A DNA stretch of 12,429 nt, taken from the IMG/VR virus record IMGVR_UViG_3300035670_000139; one strand, 5' to 3'. Shown piece after piece: positions 1 through 5,510 of this stretch (positions are counted from its first letter, which is position 1; every line of letters begins with the position of its first letter). This DNA comes from a virus. Taxonomy: Duplodnaviria; Heunggongvirae; Uroviricota; Caudoviricetes. The notes below the pieces were generated by a model. It worked only from the letters and a program-made list of their open reading frames with translations. It was not told the DNA's origin and made no database searches. Both the position numbers and the translations under genes were made by a program.

Positions 1-63
1 AAAAATAAAAATCCAAACTTAATTAGATATATAAATTGTATATGTAAAATAATAAATTGTCAA
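1..63 (-). promoter_or_regulatory. Class I cassette copy 1: sigma70-type promoter + 5' hairpin + U-rich leader (driven gene lies left of the window)
   Basis: On - strand TTGACA (63-58), 17-bp spacer, TACAAT (40-35); hairpin ATCTAA-TTAAGT-TTGGAT at 28-11 with one U-G wobble; near-identical to six other copies. Confidence 0.85.
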
Positions 64-93
64 GAGTTATTTTGAAAATTTTACAAATAATCA

Positions 94-432
94 CTACTCT
101 TTGCAAAAATACTTCATTTTTTCTATAGCAGACATTTTACTGACTTTAATCACCTCCTCAGATGGATTGTTAAAATCTTTAATGGCATCACTATTTTGTC
201 TGACTGCATCTAACCGCAATGCTTCTTTGTATAATGCATGTTTTTGGTCTGGTGTTAAATCCTCTTCTATAAATGATACAGATTTGATGGCATTAGGGAA
301 CGGCAATCCTAGTGCTGCTAATTGCACTTTTATAGATGGGTCTTTTACAATTTTAATAGGATACCTATCTTTGTTTAATTCTTCTAACAAATATTGCTTT
401 TCTTTTTCACTAAACTTATTGAAATCTATCAT
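94..432 (-). CDS. Hypothetical phage protein, 112 aa, with two DUF4116-like helical repeat motifs
   Basis: ATG sits exactly at the end of the conserved cassette leader; motifs IKIVKDPSIKVQLAAL and AVRQNSDAIKDFNNPSEEV resemble the AVKQN..AI.YI.NPSEEVQL repeat type (recalled, not searched). Confidence 0.8.
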   Translation of the reverse strand: MIDFNKFSEKEKQYLLEELNKDRYPIKIVKDPSIKVQLAALGLPFPNAIKSVSFIEEDLTPDQKHALYKEALRLDAVRQNSDAIKDFNNPSEEVIKVSKMSAIEKMKYFCKE

Positions 433-515
433 AACAAAAATACAAACAACAAAAATAAAACAATCTAAACTTAATTAGATACATAAATTGTATATGTAAA
501 ATAATAATTTGTCAA
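433..515 (-). promoter_or_regulatory. Class I cassette copy 2
   Basis: TTGACA (515-510), N17, TACAAT (492-487); hairpin ATCTAA-TTAAGT-TTAGAT (480-463); U-rich leader to ATG at 432. Confidence 0.9.
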
Positions 516-720
516 GAGTTATTTTGAAAAAAATGTAAATATCTCGGGGCCGTAATCTTCACCCCTGCTATTATTGACTTGGCATCATCTTAACACTCTA
601 AATTATGCCATGTCGGGTCCGTCTTTTTATGTATTTATCTCACCATTTATTTGTTATTATTTTTATTATTTTCTTTTACCTCCCCCCTGCCCCGAACCCC
701 CAGATTCTTTTAAAACACTC

Positions 721-748
721 TTGACAAATTAAAAGATTATGTTAAACT
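721..748 (+). promoter_or_regulatory. Rightward sigma70-type promoter firing into a non-coding region
   Basis: TTGACA (721-726), 16-bp spacer, TG-n extended -10 TAAACT (743-748); resembles 9054-9083. Confidence 0.6.
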
Positions 749-754
749 TAATAG

Positions 755-881
755 TGAAGACATTTTGTAAGAATCACAAAACTGGCTTTAGTTCAAAAAA
801 GCTATTTCGGTTTAGTTGATAGTAAAACCTTACCCGCAAGTAATATTTATTTATTAACTAAACCTATTTACCTCTTTTTTT
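755..881 (+). ncRNA. Candidate ~125-nt small RNA (three predicted stem-loops then a U-tract)
   Basis: Downstream of the 721-748 promoter. Stems: 763-768/776-781; 783-789/798-804; 13-bp 809-821/852-864 whose one non-Watson-Crick pair is G-U only on the + strand, enclosing a C-GCAA-G loop (835-840). T-run ends at 881. No family recognised. Confidence 0.35.
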
Positions 882-1263
882 AAAATCCACTATATTAGCT
901 AAATAACTTAAATCTAAATACACGCACACAATTACTCTATATCTAACATTAATTACTCTGTCTATATATTAACTCATTTTAATTATTACTAAGCATTGTA
1001 ACCCCTTTTAAATCTATTTTAAGAATAAATACTCATTTACTAAGTATTTATAATTACTCTTCATGATTACTTTTTAATTATTCATTCTTTTAAATATTTT
1101 TACTTATGTAAATCAAGCACCTGCTTATATTTAAATATTCAATATAATACTAAATACTTATTAGCTTACTTAAAGCATAGCTTAAAAGCATTATTAAGAT
1201 ATACTAAAGCATTCAACCTAAAGTGTATAAGCCAAAGCACATATTAAGAAATACATACATACA

Positions 1264-1373
1264 ATCATATACAAATACACAACCATCATATACAAATACA
1301 CATAAGATGGTAAGCACACAAGAGCACGCCAAAGAATACAACAGAGAGCACGCAAGAGAGCACGCAAGAGAGC
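1264..1373. repeat. Clustered direct repeats in non-coding DNA (iteron-like)
   Basis: ATCATATACAAATACACA at 1264-1281 and 1285-1302 (21-bp period); AGAGAGCACGCA x2.6 at 1343-1373 plus a partial copy at 1321-1329. Confidence 0.85.
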
Positions 1374-1599
1374 TTTTGATGGTAATATTGAAAGTTTGTT
1401 AAAATGTTTTTGAAAACATGCAGAAAGTGTGTTAAGATGTTTTAAAGTAATGTTAAAAATGTGTTAAATTGTAATAAAAAGTAATGTTAAAATGTTTTAA
1501 AGGCGGGCAAAATGTGTTTTTTTGTTGAATTTTGGGGGGATTAATTCTCTTTTTCAACTAAAAACACCACAATTCCCTACACCCCCTCCCTCAAAAACA

Positions 1600-1816
1600 G
1601 GTCTCCACATAGGGGCAAAACCTGCCTCGCCCCCCATTCTATCAGCATTCATAATTTTACATAACATATTTCAACTTTTATCAATACAAGCAACTCCAGT
1701 TTTAGATTGTTTTAGCTAGTTTTTCACGGATTTTTTGACTATTTTTGAAAAAAGTGTAAAAAATTGACCCCTTGATTTTATTGGCTTGAATGCGGTTTTG
1801 ACCCCTAGTGGAGACC
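1600..1816. repeat. Imperfect 23-bp inverted repeat pair enclosing ~170 bp
   Basis: GGTCTCCACATAGGGGCAAAACC (1600-1622) vs reverse complement of 1794-1816, GGTCTCCACTAGGGGTCAAAACC: 22 matches, two 1-nt indels. Confidence 0.75.
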
Positions 1817-1847
1817 AAGTTTTATGTTGTTTTTGATTGAACGGATT

Positions 1848-2201
1848 TTAGTAAAATTTGTTTGGGTCATTATCTATTATTGTGATATGTAAAATCTTGA
1901 GTTTAAAGTCACTACTTATTCCTCCTAGTAAAAAAGCAATTATACTCACTATTACATTATGCCAAATTAAGTGTATCATTGTTAAGCAGTAAAGTCCGTT
2001 GATGCAAAATAATAACAACATCTTAAAGCAATGTAAATAACAATGACTTAATAATATTTTTAAGGTAAAAAGTATTTGTAATTTGCCATTTACTTTGATT
2101 GGTTGAACTTTATTCAAATTGACATCTTTTAACATAAAGTTTGTAAATCTTTTGTTGTTTAAAAACATTACAAGAGCAAGTATCAATTTTATAGCTTCCA
2201 T
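1848..2201 (-). CDS. Hypothetical hydrophobic (probably membrane) protein, 117 aa
   Basis: ORF track; hydrophobic N-terminus and two hydrophobic stretches in the C-terminal half; last gene of the leftward chain. Start uncertain. Confidence 0.55.
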   Translation of the reverse strand: MEAIKLILALVMFLNNKRFTNFMLKDVNLNKVQPIKVNGKLQILFTLKILLSHCYLHCFKMLLLFCINGLYCLTMIHLIWHNVIVSIIAFLLGGISSDFKLKILHITIIDNDPNKFY

Positions 2202-2239
2202 AACAAAATGAATAAATAAATCATCGCCACTGCAAGCAT
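2189..2239 (-). CDS. Candidate 16-aa hydrophobic peptide MLAVAMIYLFILLWKL
   Basis: Hand-translated; start overlaps the previous stop as TAATG and its end overlaps the next ATG (2201), consistent with translational coupling. Confidence 0.3.
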   Translation of the reverse strand: MLAVAMIYLFILLWKL

Positions 2240-2307
2240 TACAATATCACCACACATAAAATAACAAACATAAAAATACAACATCTTATCAATTTTACCA
2301 GTTCCAT
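2239..2307 (-). CDS. Candidate 22-aa hydrophobic peptide MELVKLIRCCIFMFVILCVVIL
   Basis: Hand-translated; N-terminus MELVKLI resembles MEAIKLI of 1848-2201; fills the gap in the gene chain. Confidence 0.4.
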   Translation of the reverse strand: MELVKLIRCCIFMFVILCVVIL

Positions 2308-2341
2308 CAATTTTAAAGCCCAGCTATATAGCTTCCATATA

Positions 2342-2617
2342 TTACATAGACTTTAGTCCAAATATTCCTATTAGAAATAATAATCCACTAAGAAGAACCA
2401 ATACAAAGGCACACCACTCATCAAAGCTATGTTCCACGCATCTGCCAGATGCTACGATATAAAATGTCATTCCAAAGCATAAAACACTACTAAAAAAACA
2501 AAATACACTAACACTCGGCAAGCCAAAGATTATTAAGCCAGTAAGATACATACCTAAGCCAATAGTAAGTAAAATACCGCTAATACTAAAATCAAAAAAC
2601 TTTTTAAACCAAAACAT
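2342..2617 (-). CDS. Hypothetical membrane protein, 91 aa, about 3 TM segments
   Basis: ORF track; three hydrophobic stretches; U-rich leader TTTTATTATTTTTATTTTGAATTATG identical to the one before 2752. Confidence 0.75.
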   Translation of the reverse strand: MFWFKKFFDFSISGILLTIGLGMYLTGLIIFGLPSVSVFCFFSSVLCFGMTFYIVASGRCVEHSFDEWCAFVLVLLSGLLFLIGIFGLKSM

Positions 2618-2641
2618 AATTCAAAATAAAAATAATAAAAA

Positions 2642-2752
2642 CTAATCTTCTTTTTCTAAGTTTGTAAGTAAATCTTTCATTCTTTGTAATATTTCTTGTA
2701 TATCTTTAAAGTTTTGTTCTATGTCTTTATTTAATTTATCATACTCTTCCAT
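2642..2752 (-). CDS. 36-aa charged helical peptide MEEYDKLNKDIEQNFKDIQEILQRMKDLLTNLEKED
   Basis: Hand-translated; shares a 26-nt leader+ATG block with the 2617 gene (2615-2640 vs 2750-2775); heptad-like pattern. Confidence 0.65.
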   Translation of the reverse strand: MEEYDKLNKDIEQNFKDIQEILQRMKDLLTNLEKED

Positions 2753-2808
2753 AATTCAAAATAAAAATAATAAAAAACCCAAAAAAATTAAACCCTTGAT
2801 TCTATTGA

Positions 2809-2955
2809 CTAAAATGCTTTTGGTAATATAATTGCTATCAAGCCACCTGCCAAGCAAGTCAATACTATGCCTTGCCAAAGATATACATCTTTTAATGTTG
2901 TAAAAAACAACAAAGTTCAAATCCAATACATTCTCATAAAAGTCTTTTTTTTCAT
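2809..2955 (-). pseudogene. 48-codon membrane-peptide frame interrupted by an in-frame TGA (2919-2917)
   Basis: MKKKTFMRMYWI-TGA-TLLFFTTLKDVYLWQGIVLTCLAGGLIAIILPKAF-TAG reads as one two-TM protein if TGA was TGG; alternatively a TTG start after the TGA. Confidence 0.4.
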
Positions 2956-2960
2956 ATTCA

Positions 2961-3041
2961 CTACTGAAAAATAATACAAAATAACAACACTATAGCCACC
3001 GCAGACAAAATTTTAAATCTGTTTAATAGAAATTGCAACAT
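2961..3041 (-). CDS. 26-aa membrane peptide MLQFLLNRFKILSAVAIVLLFCIIFQ
   Basis: Hand-translated; paralog of 4941-5021 (15/26 identical aa, same length, both end FQ-TAG). Confidence 0.7.
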   Translation of the reverse strand: MLQFLLNRFKILSAVAIVLLFCIIFQ

Positions 3042-3047
3042 ATAGAT

Positions 3048-3407
3048 TTAATTAGTAACAACCATTCTACATTGACTAAAATAGAAACCAGTCCACAATG
3101 ATAATATCTTAATCTCATCATAGTCTATATGTAATGGTATAGACCTGCAATATTCTAATTCACTTTTAGTAAATGGATTCTCTTCGTTAATTACATTTTG
3201 TTTTAACCATTGAATTAAAGTCAATGTATTTAATAATGCAATATCCTGCTCTTCTTTGAAACTATACCAAACTTTGTAAAATTGCATTAAATTAAAACTT
3301 TCACCAATATCTTTTAAAGCACTTATCCTGTCAATAAAGTTATTGTCTTTTGCAAACACTCTATCACTTTGCATTTTACTAATATCGGTTCTTATGATTC
3401 TAGCCAT
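3048..3407 (-). CDS. Hypothetical protein, 119 aa (start revised from 3464 to ATG at 3407)
   Basis: ATG preceded by U-rich TGTGTTATG leader; the track's extension overlaps the upstream 41-aa ORF. Confidence 0.7.
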   Translation of the reverse strand: MARIIRTDISKMQSDRVFAKDNNFIDRISALKDIGESFNLMQFYKVWYSFKEEQDIALLNTLTLIQWLKQNVINEENPFTKSELEYCRSIPLHIDYDEIKILSLWTGFYFSQCRMVVTN

Positions 3408-3430
3408 AACACATTCAATAACAATAAAAA

Positions 3431-3556
3431 CTAAACTTCTTGATTCAAATAAAATTGCAACCATTCTTCTTTGATTTTAGTGTATAGCTCGGCTTTAGAT
3501 TGCTCTTCTTCCGCTCTTATTTTATCATTAAAATAATCCATTATACACTTTAACAT
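3431..3556 (-). CDS. 41-aa peptide MLKCIMDYFNDKIRAEEEQSKAELYTKIKEEWLQFYLNQEV
   Basis: Hand-translated; ATG lies at the end of the class II promoter leader (TTTGTGTTTATG). Confidence 0.65.
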   Translation of the reverse strand: MLKCIMDYFNDKIRAEEEQSKAELYTKIKEEWLQFYLNQEV

Positions 3557-3633
3557 AAACACAAATATCAATAAAAATATCAAAGTATAAACTTTAATAC
3601 ATAAAGTTTATACTATTCTTTTTAAAATGTAAG
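3557..3633 (-). promoter_or_regulatory. Class II cassette copy A: promoter overlapped by a perfect 13-bp inverted repeat
   Basis: CTTACA (3633-3628), N17, TAAACT (3610-3605); AGTATAAACTTTA-N5-TAAAGTTTATACT at 3584-3614; duplicated at 5408-5489. Confidence 0.7.
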
Positions 3634-3667
3634 TATTATTTTGAAAGATTTTTATAAAATAATACAA

Positions 3668-4363
3668 CTAAGAAAATCTTTTTTGATATTCTACAGCCTT
3701 TTTAAACAACGCAGGGTCGTTTTCAAATACTTTATTACAATATCTAAAAGCAAAACCCAAAGACTTCCCATCCTTTATACAATACTCTACAGCCTTTTTA
3801 AACAACGCAGGGTCGTTTTTAAAAGCTTTATTACAATATCTAAAAGCCACACACAAATACCTCCCGTTCTTTATACAATACTCTACAGCCTTTTTAAACA
3901 ACTCTAAATCTTTTTCAAATACTTTATTGCAATATTCAAAAGCATCATACAAATACTCCCCCTTCTTTATATAATACTCTACAGCCTTTTTAAACAACTC
4001 TGGATTTTTTGCAAATGCTTTGTGGCAATATCTAAAAGCCACACACAAATACCCCCCCTTCTTTATATAATACTCTACAGCCTTTTTAAACAACTCTGGA
4101 TTTTTTTCAAACAATTCTTGACAATATCTAAAAGCATAATACAAATTCAACTTATTCTCTATAGCTAAATCCAATCCTTTTTTAAACTCCTCTATCGTCT
4201 CAACACATTGAAAAAGCAACACTGCAAAATAGTAGTTTTTATCCTTCAAACATCTTTCCATTAATTCAATTACTTCCCACTCTTGTTTTTCTAAAGACTT
4301 AAAGTATTTAATACCATCTCCATAAGCCTCCTTACTATTTAAAACACCTAAAGTAACTAACAT
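3668..4363 (-). CDS. Helical repeat protein, 231 aa: N-terminal domain + five 32-aa repeats (DUF4116-like solenoid)
   Basis: Unit AF[RE]YCNK.F.K[DN]P.LFKKAVEY.IK.G..L..; 96-bp DNA period (CTAC at 3691, 3787, 3883, 3979, 4075); paralog of 6792-7391. Confidence 0.85.
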   Translation of the reverse strand: MLVTLGVLNSKEAYGDGIKYFKSLEKQEWEVIELMERCLKDKNYYFAVLLFQCVETIEEFKKGLDLAIENKLNLYYAFRYCQELFEKNPELFKKAVEYYIKKGGYLCVAFRYCHKAFAKNPELFKKAVEYYIKKGEYLYDAFEYCNKVFEKDLELFKKAVEYCIKNGRYLCVAFRYCNKAFKNDPALFKKAVEYCIKDGKSLGFAFRYCNKVFENDPALFKKAVEYQKRFS

Positions 4364-4448
4364 AACAAAAATACAAACAACAAAAATAAAAACTATCTAA
4401 ACTAAGTTTAGATACATAAATTCTATAACATTTTCTTATTAAAGTCAA
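4364..4448 (-). promoter_or_regulatory. Class I cassette copy 3 (variant), overlapping the 3' end of the upstream ORF
   Basis: TTGACT (4448-4443), N17, TAGAAT (4425-4420); hairpin ATCTAAAC-TTA-GTTTAGAT (4413-4395). Confidence 0.8.
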
Positions 4449-4662
4449 CTGTTTTTTTAAAATGTAACCAATACGCATATTCTATTCTGCTATCCTTACT
4501 ACACCTCACCATCAATTCTAAAACATCCCATTCTTGTTTTTCTAATGTTTTAAAGTATTCCTTAAACCTATTACAAGCATTATACCTTTCTAAAAATTCT
4601 AAATTAATTATATCTTCCTTAAAGTTATAACATTTTACCAAGAAATCTAAATTAATATCCAT
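4423..4662 (-). CDS. 79-aa truncated paralog: N-terminal domain of the repeat proteins with no repeats
   Basis: LEFLERYNACNRFKEYFKTLEKQEWDVLELMVRCSKDSRIEYAYWL aligns with LDVLESKDACEAGIKYFKSLEKQEWEVIELMERCFKDKREDYATWL of 6792-7391; first in-frame ATG at 4662. Confidence 0.65.
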   Translation of the reverse strand: MDINLDFLVKCYNFKEDIINLEFLERYNACNRFKEYFKTLEKQEWDVLELMVRCSKDSRIEYAYWLHFKKTVDFNKKML

Positions 4663-4669
4663 ACAACAT

Positions 4670-4745
4670 AACAAACAAACAACAAAAATAATATCTAAAC
4701 TTAATTAGACATATAAATTGTATAACACTTTATTACCGAAGTCAA
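4670..4745 (-). promoter_or_regulatory. Class I cassette copy 4 (variant)
   Basis: TTGACT (4745-4740), N17, TACAAT (4722-4717); hairpin GTCTAA-TTAAGT-TTAGAT (4710-4693); shortened leader. Confidence 0.8.
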
Positions 4746-4753
4746 GTGTTTTC

Positions 4754-4867
4754 TTAAAATATTTTATTCAACAATACCTTCGGCAAGCATATACGGTTGT
4801 AACTACAAGTCAATCCTAAGTAAAGATTTTTTAATTCTTTGCTTTTTAAACCAAATTTTTTTAACAT
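4754..4867 (-). CDS. Candidate 37-aa peptide MLKKFGLKSKELKNLYLGLTCSYNRICLPKVLLNKIF
   Basis: Hand-translated; starts at a TTTTGTTATG leader; last 37 nt identical to 7480-7516 but read in another frame. Confidence 0.4.
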   Translation of the reverse strand: MLKKFGLKSKELKNLYLGLTCSYNRICLPKVLLNKIF

Positions 4868-4940
4868 AACAAAACTAAGAATTACTTAAAACAAGACATA
4901 CAATCCAAATAATAGTAACAAGTATAGTTAAACTAAAAAA

Positions 4941-5021
4941 CTATTGAAATAATATACAAAAAACCAATACAATACTCACGGCTCCCAAAACCTTCAATCT
5001 ATCAAAAATAAATATTTTCAT
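4941..5021 (-). CDS. 26-aa membrane peptide MKIFIFDRLKVLGAVSIVLVFCILFQ
   Basis: Hand-translated; paralog of 2961-3041 with conservative substitutions and diverged codons. Confidence 0.7.
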   Translation of the reverse strand: MKIFIFDRLKVLGAVSIVLVFCILFQ

Positions 5022-5068
5022 ATAACAAACTACAAATCATATTCACCTTAAAGAGTAAATGATAATTA

Positions 5069-5407
5069 CTAAATAACATCTTCCAAGCAATCATTTTCAA
5101 TTTCCGCAACCCTCTCTTGAATCCGTGTAAGTAAATTCTTACTTAATCTTTTAGCTGCATTCTTTGTTTTGTATTTACCTAAGTGCTTATTAGCTTTGTT
5201 AATTTTTTTAAGCTCTTCTTTGTCTTTTATATCCTCGCCAAAATATACATCTGTATAATAGACATCACCACAAGAGTAATCTAAGTTGCTACCAAACGAA
5301 CCTACAACATCACCATTCTTAAAGGCAATAGTTAAGCTATCTAGAAACTTCTTATTTTCAAAAATAATTACATTATCAAGAAAATTGTAATCTTGTTTTT
5401 TAGACAT
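5069..5407 (-). CDS. Hypothetical protein, 112 aa (start revised to ATG at 5407)
   Basis: ORF track; ATG at the end of the class II leader; basic C-terminal helix. Confidence 0.75.
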   Translation of the reverse strand: MSKKQDYNFLDNVIIFENKKFLDSLTIAFKNGDVVGSFGSNLDYSCGDVYYTDVYFGEDIKDKEELKKINKANKHLGKYKTKNAAKRLSKNLLTRIQERVAEIENDCLEDVI

Positions 5408-5489
5408 AATCAAAACACAAATATCAATAAAAATATCAAAGTATAAACTTTAATACATAAAGTTTATACTATTCTTTTTAAAATGTTAA
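5408..5489 (-). promoter_or_regulatory. Class II cassette copy B
   Basis: TTAACA (5489-5484), N17, TAAACT (5466-5461); identical 13-bp inverted repeat at 5440-5470. Confidence 0.75.
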
Positions 5490-5510
5490 GTATTATTTTA
5501 AAATAAATCT

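Noticed and set aside
101-478. + strand track ORFs 101-478, 3641-3907, 6828-7127, 7520-7762, 8251-8454 and - strand 10924-11112
   Set aside because: Antisense shadows of better-supported genes that have promoters, leaders or paralogs.
1307-1402. 31-aa + strand ORF MVSTQEHAKEYNREHAREHARELLMVILKVC
   Set aside because: The periodicity follows automatically from the 12-bp DNA repeat; no U-rich leader like the other genes. Not excluded, but unsupported.
586-1439. 11-bp inverted match CATCTTAACAC (586-596) / GTGTTAAGATG (1429-1439)
   Set aside because: Too short to be significant in AT-rich sequence and does not extend.
1522-1719. 65-aa + strand ORF
   Set aside because: TTG start, Pro-rich only because of C-runs, overlaps the inverted repeat; no supporting signals.
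3668-4140. 96-bp periodic repeats (also 6800-7160) as a CRISPR array
   Set aside because: Period is a multiple of three, the whole unit is similar with no unique spacers, and it lies in an open frame encoding 32-aa repeats; no cas genes.
4875-5021. TAG-to-Gln recoding (code 15), suggested by a hydrophobic frame continuing past TAG at 4941 and by MEAI-TAG at 2338
   Set aside because: The two repeat paralogs end at the same position with TAG and TAA, the 26-aa paralogs both end at TAG, and the long packaging genes contain no in-frame TAG.
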